In this document: piece after piece, positions 19,685 through 29,524 of the stretch
Position numbering within the stretch: the stretch's first letter is position 1
Layout of the letters: every line of letters starts with the position of its first letter
DNA from: Myxococcota bacterium
Lineage (GTDB): Bacteria > Myxococcota_A > UBA796 > GCA-2862545
Direction of reading: 5' to 3'
Length of the DNA: 44,450 nucleotides
Assembly: GCA_039208735.1 (NCBI GenBank)
Contig: JBCCQY010000063.1
Span: 1-44,450, forward strand
Position numbers and translations under genes: made by a program
Notes under the pieces: generated by a model
What the model saw: only the letters and a program-made list of their open reading frames with translations
What the model was told of the DNA's origin: nothing
Databases searched by the model: none

Positions 19685-20284
19685 ATGACTCGCCGAGGGC
19701 GTCCGGCCGCCGGCTCCGAACTCGATGCGCAAACCTGGCTCCAAGCGGCGATCGAAGTCCTCGACGAGCGAGGGCCGGAACGGTTTACCCTCGGTGCGGT
19801 GGCCACCCAAGTCGGCGCCACGACCATGGCCTTATACCGACACTTTGAGGGGAAGCAGGACCTCTTGGATGGCGCGGTTGCAACGGTCCTTGCCGTGCCT
19901 CCGGCCGGTGCTTCCGTGGAGGACTCGTTCACCGACCTCCGTGTTCGGTTCATGGCGCATCCGTGGATTGCGCGATTGCTTCTCGAGGGCCGTGCGTCCC
20001 AGCCCTACGCACTGGCAACGTCCGAGCGCATGGTTCGAGGGTTGCTCGACGCGGGACTATCGGCACAACAGGCGCATGTGGCCTGGCAGCTGATGCTCGG
20101 GATCCTCGTGGCGACGGCCAGCCAAGCTGCGGCAGGACCCCCTCCGAGCCCCCCACCGTCGCTCGAGGCCTATCCGAGCCTCGCCCAGGTCACCGCCGCC
20201 TTGACCGACATCAAGGCCGAAGAAATGCCCCAACAACTGGTTCGAGCCATCCTCGCAGGAGCACGAACCATCAACGAGCCGTAA
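19685..20284 (+). CDS. TetR/AcrR family transcriptional regulator
   Basis: RGRP...G.ERFTLGAVATQVGATTMALYRHFEGKQDLL HTH. Confidence 0.93.
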   Translation: MTRRGRPAAGSELDAQTWLQAAIEVLDERGPERFTLGAVATQVGATTMALYRHFEGKQDLLDGAVATVLAVPPAGASVEDSFTDLRVRFMAHPWIARLLLEGRASQPYALATSERMVRGLLDAGLSAQQAHVAWQLMLGILVATASQAAAGPPPSPPPSLEAYPSLAQVTAALTDIKAEEMPQQLVRAILAGARTINEP

Positions 20285-21299
20285 AGCCCTCTCCCACTTC
20301 GAACCCCGCACAGGTCAAGCGCCCAGTTATGCCCTCGATCGCCGCCCGAACGATGTGGAACGTGCGCTCGTGCGCAAGCTCGGCGGACAGGTCGGATCGA
20401 TGGCCTGGCACCAAGAAGGGGAAGTCTGTGAAGTCGAGATGGCCCGCTTCTTCCATGAACCAGGCACACGTAGAGGGCGACCGCCCTCGCGACACCGCGA
20501 CAGCATCGAGTTCCGCCTGCTTCACATCCGAATAGAAGTCAGCCCAGCCAAGCCGTTCGAGATCGCCCTGCGTGAGGACGGCGGGATCGCGAGAAGCGAT
20601 GTGCACCCAGGGTGTGGCAACCCCAAACTCCTGCACCATCGCGTAGGTGGGACCGTCGAGATTCACAACCCCCCCACAGGCCTCCGACGTGCGACAATGT
20701 TCAAGAGCGACCGCTCCTCCGTGGGAGTGGCCAACCAGGATGGGGCTCGCGAATCCAGGTAGCGGCTCACTTGGAGCGGCAAACCAGTCCAAAGCGCGAC
20801 CCACCTGCCGGACGTTCGTAGGAAGGGCGTCTCGCTCGAGTACGTCGTAGATCGCACGGGCGGCTTCCTCGGTGGCCTCGGTCGGCACGTCGAGATCGTG
20901 GGCACCGAGCCCCAAGTCGACCTGGAAGACCACATGACCCTGACTGGCCAACCCCAACCCCAGGGCCGTCGATTGATGAGGCACGTTGGTGGCGCCGGGA
21001 AGCAGCAGTACGCCAGGCCCAATCACCCGCGTGTCATCGACCAAGGCGTCGTCGGCCACTGAAATGTGTCGGTCGATCCAACCCCGCAGTGGCCATCCAA
21101 ACCCGAAGGCGGCTTTGGTGAGGTCAGGAGCGACATCCCACCGACCTCGCGCTCGCACCGCATCGGCCGTAGGAGCCAACACCCAGCCTAGACGGCCCTG
21201 GTCGGTGGTCACCTCGAACCGCGTGACGTCATAGGGCCCCGTTGGCTCAGGAAAGGAAGGGCGGCAGGCCAGGAAGGTTGTAAGGAGCAGCATGAACAT
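20271..21299 (-). CDS. Alpha/beta hydrolase (PAF-acetylhydrolase-like), probable lipoprotein
   Basis: FLAC lipobox, PTGPY, LASQGHVV, GHSHGG, NLDG, HLDFTD. Confidence 0.85.
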   Translation of the reverse strand: MFMLLLTTFLACRPSFPEPTGPYDVTRFEVTTDQGRLGWVLAPTADAVRARGRWDVAPDLTKAAFGFGWPLRGWIDRHISVADDALVDDTRVIGPGVLLLPGATNVPHQSTALGLGLASQGHVVFQVDLGLGAHDLDVPTEATEEAARAIYDVLERDALPTNVRQVGRALDWFAAPSEPLPGFASPILVGHSHGGAVALEHCRTSEACGGVVNLDGPTYAMVQEFGVATPWVHIASRDPAVLTQGDLERLGWADFYSDVKQAELDAVAVSRGRSPSTCAWFMEEAGHLDFTDFPFLVPGHRSDLSAELAHERTFHIVRAAIEGITGRLTCAGFEVGEGFTAR

Positions 21300-21484
21300 C
21301 GAAAGCCTCTTTTAATATATCTATTATATTTATATCTTTGAGCGAGATCCATGCAGGTCGCATACAGCTTCTGCAAATCCTGCCTCTTCCCACGTAAAAG
21401 AGAGGCCCAATAAAGCCCTCTATGGGGTTCTGGCTCGGGTCTTCGACCATGGTGCGGTAGGTTGAGAGCCCTGGAGAGGACCCT

Positions 21485-21838
21485 ATGCTCATCGCTGCCC
21501 AAGCCCTCACCCTCCTCGTCGCGGTGCTTCATGTCGCATTCTTCGCGGCCGAGACCCTGTTCTGGACCCGTCGCCCGGTCCGCCGTCGCTTTGGATTCAG
21601 CGCAGAGGACGCCGAAACCACGCGGGTGCTCGCGAGCAATCAGGGCGTCTACAACCTCGGCCTCGCCGTCGGGCTCCTCTACAGCCTGCTCTACGGAGAA
21701 GTGGTCTTGCAACAATTCCTGCTCGCCTACATCGTGGCGATGGGGCTCTACGGGGGAGCCACGGCCAAGGCGACCATCGTGGTCATCCAGGCGTTGCCCG
21801 CCGCCCTTGCCCTTGGCCTCCTCACAGTCCAGCTGTAG
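21485..21838 (+). CDS. DUF1304 family membrane protein
   Basis: VAVLH..F..E...W, NQGVYN, YGG.T....I..QA.PA; GGAGAGGA SD. Confidence 0.9.
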   Translation: MLIAAQALTLLVAVLHVAFFAAETLFWTRRPVRRRFGFSAEDAETTRVLASNQGVYNLGLAVGLLYSLLYGEVVLQQFLLAYIVAMGLYGGATAKATIVVIQALPAALALGLLTVQL

Positions 21839-22413
21839 GAGCGCCCCGACTCAATCTAGACATGCCTCTTTGGCTTGCTCCTTGGCCTGAAGCGTCGCAA
21901 CGTTCGCCTTCGCCACGTCCGTCAACCATGAGGCCTCGAAGTCTTCCCGACGGATGTAGTAGGGATCCGCCTCGAACATCTCCCGCGCGCGAAAATCCCG
22001 TTGCGCATGGCGGCGTACGCATCACGGCTCGGGACATCACTAAAGGGCCAATCCAGGTCACAGCACCAATGGTCCGAATCTGCCGCGCAGCACACCGTGC
22101 TACACGTGCCTCCCTGCAGGTCCTCGTAGCGGTACTTCAGCAACAACAGCGTATCGGACTTGCACAAGTCCGCATCCGAGAGCCCCTTCAATGGATCGGG
22201 GGGTCTAGTCGGGGGCGGAGAAGGCGTGGGACCTCCCGAACCTTCGTCACGTCGGGAGGCACGGGTTCAGAAGTGCCCGCGGTGCACGCGAAAATCCGCG
22301 ATCGATCGACACCCCACCCCGACCCGGCATAAACGCACTCCCCAGGAGTGCTGATGTTTTGCTTTGTTCTTGATTTTTGCGGCGCGCCCCACCGCGTCTT
22401 GCCTATCGTCTCA

Positions 22414-23022
22414 ATGATCGGTCTGCTGGCTTGTACGCCCCCCGCGGACACTTCACCCCGGGGCCCCGATTCCGAGTCCTTGGCCCCCACGGGAACCCCC
22501 GTCGCGCCCAAACCGGATGATCCGACTCCCGGACCCGACAAGCCGGATGTGACCTGGTCGGCGGTCTCGATCGACTTCGACGATTTGGAGGGATTTCGAC
22601 CGGTCGTCGGAGATGTTTACCCGGAGGCGAGCTTCACCTCTGAGTCCGGCTTCGACGTTCGTGCAATCACGGTGGGCCAGGGCAATTCGGATCCTCACTA
22701 CGCGTGCACCACGCGTACAGGCTCGACCTCGCCCTCATGTGAAGAGGCGTTCTTCGTCGACTTCACCCGGCCCATTCGAGGCCTTCGCTTCTTTGCAACG
22801 GGCACCAACCGCACCGGTCCGGTGGCCACGGTGCAACTCTTCGCAGACTCAGCGTCCTTGGGCACCGAATCCATCGAGGGATGGGGAACGCAGTCGTCTC
22901 CCGAGGTCTCGGAAGTCGACTTGTCGGGCTACACGGGCGTGACGCGCCTGGAGATCGTCGATGTGGATGACCCGGCGGGGCTTGGTTGGGACGATTTCAC
23001 GTTTGAACAACAGGACCCTTAG
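22414..23022 (+). CDS. Hypothetical lipoprotein with a beta-rich domain
   Basis: LLAC lipobox, Pro-rich linker, IDFDD...GWDDFTF. Start uncertain (22348-22414). Confidence 0.7.
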   Translation: MIGLLACTPPADTSPRGPDSESLAPTGTPVAPKPDDPTPGPDKPDVTWSAVSIDFDDLEGFRPVVGDVYPEASFTSESGFDVRAITVGQGNSDPHYACTTRTGSTSPSCEEAFFVDFTRPIRGLRFFATGTNRTGPVATVQLFADSASLGTESIEGWGTQSSPEVSEVDLSGYTGVTRLEIVDVDDPAGLGWDDFTFEQQDP

Positions 23023-23073
23023 GTCCTCGACCGAACCACACGCTTGGTGGTGAGTTCTCGAAATGTGACGCTC

Positions 23074-23094
23074 TGGTATGGTGGCGGCCGGAGG
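23074..23094 (+). promoter_or_regulatory. Candidate extended -10 promoter and SD of the sheath/tube operon
   Basis: TG-G-TATGGT at 23074-23082; GGAGG at 23090-23094. Confidence 0.45.
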
Positions 23095-23102
23095 TTGGCT
23101 CC

Positions 23103-24596
23103 ATGGCCTCAATCCCTCAGTACCCGGGCGTGCACGTCGTTGAGCTGCCGTCCAGCGTGCGCCCCATCGCCGGCACGTCCACGTCGGTCACCGGTTTCAT
23201 CGGACGCGCCCCTCGAGGGCCTACGGATCGCGCCGTTCTCGTCCGAAGTGTGGCAGATTTCGATCGCCACTTTGGGGGCATTTGGTTCGACAGCCTCCTC
23301 GGCTACATGGTGCACCACTACTTTCGCAATGGGGGACGCCAGGCCATCGTGGCTCGTACGGCCCCCGGAGCTACGCCGGCCACCGCAACGGTACCCGCGA
23401 GCGGCACCCCCGCCAACCTCCTGCTCGCCGCCGCCAACCCGGGACCGTGGGGCGACAACCTGCAAGCCCAAGTTGAGGTCACGGACGGTCGATTCACTCT
23501 GGTGATCGAAGAGATCGATCCCTCAAAGGCGACCACCGATCCCGCTCGCATCGTGGCTCGCGAAGCGCACCCAAATTTGGGCGTGGCGACCGACGATGCC
23601 CGTCGGGTCGATCGGGTATTGGGCCAGCACTCCAGGCTCGCACGCGCCACCGCACTTCCTGAGAATGTGCCGTTGGCCACCGGCGCCGCTATCGGCTTCG
23701 GCGGCGCGACCGGCGACAGTGCGCCAGTGCTCGCGGACTACCGGACAGCCCTTCGCCATCTGGCCGAGGCAGGCACGGTCAACCTGCTCTGTCTGGCCCC
23801 GCCCACCCGGACGGGCGACGTGTCGTCGGATGTGTGGGGCGAAGCCGTGACCTGGGCCACGGACCGGCGTGCCATGGTGCTCGTCGACCCGCCCGCGTCG
23901 TGGTCCACCGTCGCTCTGGCCGCAGCACGCACCGGACTCACCAGCATCACGAGCCCCAACGCCACGTTCTACTACCCCCGGGTCAACATCGCGGACCCCC
24001 TCCGCGCTCAACGCCCGCTCGCGATCGGACCAGGAGCCGCCGCGGCCGGGGTGATGGCCCGGACCGATGGCACCCGTGGCGTGTGGAAGGCGCCGGCGGG
24101 CTTCGATGCAGGAGTCAGCGGCATCTCGACCCCCGCCCTCGCCCTGCGCGACAGCGACAGTGAAGTCCTCAATCCAGCCGGCATCAACGCCATTCGAGAG
24201 ATTCCCGGTGCGGGACCGGTGTTGTGGGGCGCGCGAACCGCAGATGGAGCCGACGTTCGCGCCTCGCAATGGAAGTACCTGCCGGTGCGGCGACTTGCGC
24301 TGTTCATCGAGGAGAGCCTTGTGCAGGGCCTTCAATGGGTTGTCTTCGAGCCCAACGACGAGCCGTTGTGGAGCCAGATTCGGCTGAACGTCGGCGCGTT
24401 CATGAACAACCTCTTCCGGCAAGGGGCGTTCCAGGGTGCGACCGCCCGCGAAGCCTATTTCGTCAAATGCGATAGCGAAACGACCCAACCTGGTGATGTC
24501 AACCTCGGTGTCGTCAACGTGCTCGTTGGATTTGCACCGCTGAAGCCGGCCGAGTTCGTTGTTCTCCAGTTCCAACAACTGCTTCAGGCCAGCTAA
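23103..24596 (+). CDS. eCIS contractile tail sheath protein 1 (Afp2/3/4-like)
   Basis: YPGVHVVE, YFRNGG, GVWKAPAG, WGART, WKYLPVRR, WVVFEPNDEPLW, GFAPLKPAEF. Confidence 0.97.
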   Translation: MASIPQYPGVHVVELPSSVRPIAGTSTSVTGFIGRAPRGPTDRAVLVRSVADFDRHFGGIWFDSLLGYMVHHYFRNGGRQAIVARTAPGATPATATVPASGTPANLLLAAANPGPWGDNLQAQVEVTDGRFTLVIEEIDPSKATTDPARIVAREAHPNLGVATDDARRVDRVLGQHSRLARATALPENVPLATGAAIGFGGATGDSAPVLADYRTALRHLAEAGTVNLLCLAPPTRTGDVSSDVWGEAVTWATDRRAMVLVDPPASWSTVALAAARTGLTSITSPNATFYYPRVNIADPLRAQRPLAIGPGAAAAGVMARTDGTRGVWKAPAGFDAGVSGISTPALALRDSDSEVLNPAGINAIREIPGAGPVLWGARTADGADVRASQWKYLPVRRLALFIEESLVQGLQWVVFEPNDEPLWSQIRLNVGAFMNNLFRQGAFQGATAREAYFVKCDSETTQPGDVNLGVVNVLVGFAPLKPAEFVVLQFQQLLQAS

Positions 24597-24611
24597 GGCT
24601 CCGGAGGACCC

Positions 24612-26138
24612 ATGGCGATCCAGCTCGCGCCCGGCGTCTACATCGAGGAGTTGCCCTCGGCAACCCGCAGCATTGCGGGGGTCAGTACGGCGGTATGTCT
24701 GTTTGTCGGGGCGGCCGCCCGTGGCCCCACCGAGCCTACCGCGGTCACATCGTGGACCGAATTTGAACGTCGATTCGGAGGGCTTCTCGCGTCGAGTGAC
24801 ATGACCTATGCGGTGCGGCACTTCTTCGACAATGGAGGGCGCCGCGCAATCATCCGGCGCATTCACAACGGGGCCGTCGCTGCCTCGGCATGGCGGTCCT
24901 TCGACGGCACCAACGTTCGATTCGTCGCAACGAGTCCGGGAGCTTGGGGCAATGCCCTGCGCATCGACGTGGGACTCACCGGGGGCAGTTTCAGCGCAGG
25001 CGACGCTTTCGACCTGACCATTTTGGAGCGCATCGGCCAGGCCAATGTCGTGCGAGAGAAGCACTACGGCCTTTCGCTGGACGAACGGAGCGATCGGTTT
25101 GCGCCAGAGGTGCTGCAGACGGATTCCGAGCGCCTGGCCGTGGAGTTGGGGGGAACTCCACCAGGGGCGGTGACGGCGGTGGACGCCACCACGGTGGAAC
25201 TCGTGGACGGCACCAACGGCAATGCGCTGACGAGTACTCAGTACGACGCCAACCTGATTGCCAACATCGATTTCAACCTACTTGTGGTGCCCTTCCCGCC
25301 CGAGGACGACAGCGAGATCACCGATGCGCAGCGCATTGCGTTTTGGCAAGCGGCGAGCCTTGTGTGCCAAACCAAACGGGCCTTCGCCATCATCGACCCG
25401 CCAGTAGGATGGGGGAGCACCGCTTCGCTTGATGCAGATATTCCCCAGGCAACTGGCCTCTTGGCCGGCCTACGGACCGCGGCGGGCCGAGAGTATGCGG
25501 CGGTGTACTTCCCGCGCGTCCGAGCGCCGGATGCCTTAGCCGAGAACGCCCTCCGTACCTTCGGCCCCTCGGGGATGATCGCAGGCATCTACGCCCGAAC
25601 CGACAGCGAGCGGGGGGTTTTCAAGGCCCCCGCGGGAGTGCAAGCCAGTCTGTCGGGCTCGCTCGCCCTCGATGTGCTGGTCGATGATGCGACCCAAGCC
25701 ACCTACAACCAAGAAGGTATCAACGTCCTGCGCGCATTCCCGTCGTACGGCAGGGTGGTTTGGGGGGCACGCACGATCGAGGGGCTTGATCGGCTCGGCA
25801 GCGAATGGAAGTACATTCCCGTCCGACGCACCGCGAACTTCCTGGAAGAGAGCCTTCGGCGGGGCATTCAATGGGCGGTCTTCGAGCCCAACGACGAGCC
25901 GCTGTGGAGCCAACTCCGGCTCAATGTAGGCGCGTTCATGCACCAACAGTTCCGCGCCGGTGCGTTCGCGGGCAGCACGCCTCGCGAAGCCTATTTCGTC
26001 AAGTGCGACGCCGAGACGACCCCCCAAGAAGACATTGATGCGGGGCGTGTCAACGTCGTCGTCGGCTGGGCGCCCCTGCGTCCCGCCGAGTTCGTCATCA
26101 TTCGGATCCAGCAGATTACCCGCCCCAGTTCTGTGTGA
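24612..26138 (+). CDS. eCIS contractile tail sheath protein 2
   Basis: PGVYIEE, FFDNGG, GVFKAPAG, WGART, WKYIPVRR, FEPNDEPLW, APLRPAEF; GGAGG SD. Confidence 0.97.
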   Translation: MAIQLAPGVYIEELPSATRSIAGVSTAVCLFVGAAARGPTEPTAVTSWTEFERRFGGLLASSDMTYAVRHFFDNGGRRAIIRRIHNGAVAASAWRSFDGTNVRFVATSPGAWGNALRIDVGLTGGSFSAGDAFDLTILERIGQANVVREKHYGLSLDERSDRFAPEVLQTDSERLAVELGGTPPGAVTAVDATTVELVDGTNGNALTSTQYDANLIANIDFNLLVVPFPPEDDSEITDAQRIAFWQAASLVCQTKRAFAIIDPPVGWGSTASLDADIPQATGLLAGLRTAAGREYAAVYFPRVRAPDALAENALRTFGPSGMIAGIYARTDSERGVFKAPAGVQASLSGSLALDVLVDDATQATYNQEGINVLRAFPSYGRVVWGARTIEGLDRLGSEWKYIPVRRTANFLEESLRRGIQWAVFEPNDEPLWSQLRLNVGAFMHQQFRAGAFAGSTPREAYFVKCDAETTPQEDIDAGRVNVVVGWAPLRPAEFVIIRIQQITRPSSV

Positions 26139-26145
26139 GGTCGGC

Positions 26146-26667
26146 ATGGCTCAATTCACCGTCAACCCGTCGCGCTTCGACCCCTACAAAAACTTCAAGT
26201 TCCGCGTTCGTTGGGATGGTCGTTATGTCGCAGGCATTTCCAAGGTCTCGGCTTTGAAACGTACCACCGAGGTGGTCGAGCATCGAGACGGAGGGGACCC
26301 GAGCAGCATTCGCAAATCGCCAGGTCGCACCAAGTACGAGCCCATCACCCTCGAACGCGGCGTGACCCACGATGTCGAGTTCGAAAACTGGGCCCGAAAG
26401 GTCTGGGACATCTCGGGCGGGCTAGGCGCGGAAGTCTCGCTGGCCGATTTTCGGAAGGACATCGTCATCGACCTGTACAACGAGGCCGGTCAGCTGGTGA
26501 TTTCCTACAAGGTCTATCGATGCTGGGTCTCGGAATACACCGCGCTGCCCGAACTCGACGCCGGCGCGAACGCGGTTGCCATCCAATCCTTGAAGCTTGA
26601 GACCGAGGGTTGGGAACGTGACGACTCGGTCCAGGAGCCGGCCGAGCCGACGCTCGCGGCGGGCTGA
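26146..26667 (+). CDS. eCIS tail tube protein (T4 gp19 / Afp1/5-like)
   Basis: DPYKNFKFRV, KSPGRTKYEPITLERG, FRKDI.I.LYNEAGQ, ELDAGANAVAIQSL. GAGG SD before ATG 26146. Confidence 0.97.
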   Translation: MAQFTVNPSRFDPYKNFKFRVRWDGRYVAGISKVSALKRTTEVVEHRDGGDPSSIRKSPGRTKYEPITLERGVTHDVEFENWARKVWDISGGLGAEVSLADFRKDIVIDLYNEAGQLVISYKVYRCWVSEYTALPELDAGANAVAIQSLKLETEGWERDDSVQEPAEPTLAAG

Positions 26668-27365
26668 TGGCCCGGCTCTCGGCGACGGACATCCTCGATG
26701 TGCACGCACGAGGGCATCGTGCGGATTCGCTCGATCGAGCGCTGCTGGTGCTTCGCGCCACAACCGGCTCGACCCTTGACACACTCGCTGCCTTGCCGAT
26801 CGGGCGACGGGATCACGCGCTGTTTACGGCGCATGCCGAGACGTTCGGGGACGCGATTCCCTGCGTCGTGCCCTGCCCCTTCTGCGCCACTCCCCTCGAG
26901 CTGGCGTTGGGAGCGCAACAGCTTCGTCTCGAGCCGCCCGACGAAGGGCCAGGCCCCTTTGCGCTGGCGTTCAACGAGACGACCTTCACCTTCCGGCTTC
27001 CCAACACCCACGACCTTCGTTTTGCCCTGGCCGAGCCGGATGCCGTCGAAGCGCGACTCCTCGAACGGTGTGTGGAGGGACCGGTTCCGGAGGAAGAGGT
27101 TGCCAACGCCATTTCAGCCGAAATGGGCCGACTCGACCCTCAAGCGGATGTCCAACTCGCGCTGACGTGTCCAAGCTGCCATGGCGCCTGGAGCGCGCCC
27201 TTCGACATTGCCGGCTACCTTTGGCGAGAAATCGAAACCGAGGCCGAACGCTTGCTCGACGTCGTCCACGTACTAGCGAAGAGCTACGGTTGGTCCGAGG
27301 CGGCCATTCTCGACATGCCCGCCACCCGACATCGGGCCTACCTCGAACGCCTGGAGGCCTGGTGA
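26667..27365 (+). CDS. eCIS conserved protein (baseplate-hub assembly / tail-chaperone-like)
   Basis: Two CPxC motifs, FRLPN..DL, DPQAD, VHVLA.SYGWSE..IL.MP; follows the tube gene. Confidence 0.8.
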   Translation: MARLSATDILDVHARGHRADSLDRALLVLRATTGSTLDTLAALPIGRRDHALFTAHAETFGDAIPCVVPCPFCATPLELALGAQQLRLEPPDEGPGPFALAFNETTFTFRLPNTHDLRFALAEPDAVEARLLERCVEGPVPEEEVANAISAEMGRLDPQADVQLALTCPSCHGAWSAPFDIAGYLWREIETEAERLLDVVHVLAKSYGWSEAAILDMPATRHRAYLERLEAW

Positions 27366-28069
27366 GTCTGCTCCGTGCGCTCGCGATGCGGTTTCGCACC
27401 CCCTCCTCCCCCCGACCCCCGGTTCGGCTTCGTTTCGACCCGCTGTTGAGCGAGGAGGAGCCCGAGCCCGTTCCAGCCGTCCCCCCCTCACCGCTGCCCT
27501 ACGTCGACTCGCCCTCCCCATCCGTGCCCCGTCCCCCCGCAACCGCCGCGACGACGGTGCCTCCGCCTCCCGCACCCCGTCCTTTCGGCCTCGAGGAGCC
27601 AAACCGCTTCGAGGCCGCAAGTCCGAGCCCGTCCCCCGGGTCACCCACACCACCACCACCCCACCGCACCACGAACGTCGAACGGATCGTGGAACACCAT
27701 CACAACGTCGAGCGCACCACCGAGCGTCAGGTCGAAACCCAAATCGAGACCTTGCGCGAACGCGAACGGCTACGGGAGTCCGCTCCCATGCCTCCGGCAC
27801 CGACACCGCGGTTGGACGCAGCCGAATCCCCGGTCATGGGTCAAGCGCCGATGCCTCCCGCTCCCCCAATGCGCCAACCGACCGCAGTCACGTCTGCGCC
27901 GGCCCCTGAACCGACTTCGCAGCCCGTCACGGTCCACATTGGGAGTGTGGTGGTGCGCTGGCCCACCCCAGTTTCGCCACCCCCGCCCCCTGCACCGGCG
28001 CCACGTCCCACCACGACCATGGATCTCGACACGTACCTCGCCCGTCGCCGAGGGAAAACCACCCCATGA
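27362..28069 (+). CDS. Proline-rich eCIS-associated hypothetical protein
   Basis: GTG overlapping the previous stop; low-complexity body with V.V.IG.V.V and LD.YL.RR near the C-terminus. Confidence 0.7.
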   Translation: MSLLRALAMRFRTPSSPRPPVRLRFDPLLSEEEPEPVPAVPPSPLPYVDSPSPSVPRPPATAATTVPPPPAPRPFGLEEPNRFEAASPSPSPGSPTPPPPHRTTNVERIVEHHHNVERTTERQVETQIETLRERERLRESAPMPPAPTPRLDAAESPVMGQAPMPPAPPMRQPTAVTSAPAPEPTSQPVTVHIGSVVVRWPTPVSPPPPPAPAPRPTTTMDLDTYLARRRGKTTP

Positions 28070-28293
28070 AGCGACATGTCGAACGCATCGTGATCGATCA
28101 GGTGGTCTTCGAGGGGGTGCCCACCGAGCTACAGGGTCGCGTGCTCGTAGCCATGCAGGCCGAGTTGGTTCGCCTCGCCGAAACGGGCCCTCCGGTTCCC
28201 GGCGCCCTGCCAGTGGCGTTGCCATCCCACCCCGATGCAGACGCCATCGGGGTTGCCGCCGCACGTTCGATCTGGTCAGGGCACCACGAGTAG
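28066..28293 (+). CDS. Small eCIS-associated hypothetical protein
   Basis: ATGA coupling to the previous gene; HVERIVIDQVVFEG resembles small eCIS accessory proteins. Confidence 0.6.
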   Translation: MKRHVERIVIDQVVFEGVPTELQGRVLVAMQAELVRLAETGPPVPGALPVALPSHPDADAIGVAAARSIWSGHHE

Positions 28294-29511
28294 CGGACCC
28301 GCGATGGCACCTCCGGTTCGGTCGACCGGACTGTCCACGCCATCGACTTGCAGCCGCACCAACCACGACCCGCTGGCCAACTCGGGCACCGTGAACACGA
28401 GGTCGCCGCCAGGGCCATCGATACGCCACGGACCGGCGTGTGCCCGCGCAGTTCCGCCCCCTTGGGGGGTCAGCAGCAACAGGGGGACTTGGCCATCACC
28501 GAGGGCCGGCTCCACGGGGAGACGGACCTCGATGGTGCCCGAAGCGGGACCTGGCCCAAAGGTCGGGGCAGACGAAAATGATGGCCGAAACAGAATCGAA
28601 GCCGGATTCGACCACAACCAGGGTCGTTCGACGGGGGGCGCCGCTCCATCGAACGTGGCCTCGCGCCCCACTTGAATGGCGATGAGCCCAGCCTCGACCG
28701 CATCGATCGCCAGCACCGCCGACATCGGCACCCGGACGAGGGTTTCCGTCATGTCGGCCGGATCCGGCGTGACGACAATGTCATTGATGCGAACTCGAAG
28801 ATCCGGGCCACCAAAGGACGCTCCCTCCAAGACCAGCGTTCCCCCTACGGTGAGCGGTTCGTTCAAACCCGCTTCAGCCGTGGCCCGCTCGATGAAGGGA
28901 ATGGCCATGGGGCGGACGTGAAGCAGCGGCGTGGTGACCGGAAGGGCGCTGGCGGGACGTTCCTCGGCTTCGATGCGAATGGGCCCCGCCTCGTAGGCGA
29001 GGGTCGGCAACATGGTGACGCCATCGAAGGACGACCACAGGCGGGTGAGGTCATCGAGGTCGATCGACATCGCCGTGAACCGCACCGGCACGCCATCGGC
29101 GGAGAGATCGGACGCCCGCAGCGGATCGGACAGACCAAGCCCTGCGATCAACGTGTCAATCTCGTCCCCTTGAATCAGGGGCTGGGCATGCAGCTGGCTG
29201 GCCACGAGTCCGAGCATGCGATGGGCATCGCGGTCGCCGCTCGCCGACCGAAAGGCGATCAAATACCGCAGCGTCAGGGCCACCACGGGCCGTAAGGCGA
29301 GGCTACCCTCGGTCCGTCGTGTCGGAAGGTCCTCGTTGCGCCGGGCGGGGTCGGGCGTGACCGCAAACAGGAAGATGAACACCCGCGCATCGCTCCCCGG
29401 CGATGGCGCCGAATCCACGGCCATGGCCGAAAGGCTGGCGTCATCAAGCACCCGTTGGATGCGGGACTTCAGGACCTGGGTCACCGTCGCAATGGCGAGC
29501 GCGTTGCTCAC
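28276..29511 (-). CDS. DUF4255 / Pvc16(Afp16)-like sheath terminator with C-terminal Ig-like domains
   Basis: MSNALAIATVT, FLF.V.P..ARRN.DLP, L.L.YL, LWSSF, LAYEA..I.I; IPT-like G..LVLEG; C-terminal LVRLQVDGVDS. AAGGAG SD. Confidence 0.92.
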   Translation of the reverse strand: MSNALAIATVTQVLKSRIQRVLDDASLSAMAVDSAPSPGSDARVFIFLFAVTPDPARRNEDLPTRRTEGSLALRPVVALTLRYLIAFRSASGDRDAHRMLGLVASQLHAQPLIQGDEIDTLIAGLGLSDPLRASDLSADGVPVRFTAMSIDLDDLTRLWSSFDGVTMLPTLAYEAGPIRIEAEERPASALPVTTPLLHVRPMAIPFIERATAEAGLNEPLTVGGTLVLEGASFGGPDLRVRINDIVVTPDPADMTETLVRVPMSAVLAIDAVEAGLIAIQVGREATFDGAAPPVERPWLWSNPASILFRPSFSSAPTFGPGPASGTIEVRLPVEPALGDGQVPLLLLTPQGGGTARAHAGPWRIDGPGGDLVFTVPELASGSWLVRLQVDGVDSPVDRTGGAIAGPLLVVP

Positions 29512-29524
29512 GGGAACTCCTTGT

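Noticed and set aside
23523..25064. 513-aa minus-strand ORF
   Set aside because: Antisense to the two sheath genes; long shadow ORFs are expected at high GC and it has no motifs.
24342..25901. 24-bp exact repeat GTCTTCGAGCCCAACGACGAGCCG (24342-24365 and 25878-25901)
   Set aside because: Encodes the conserved VFEPNDEP motif in the paralogous sheaths; not an att site or array.
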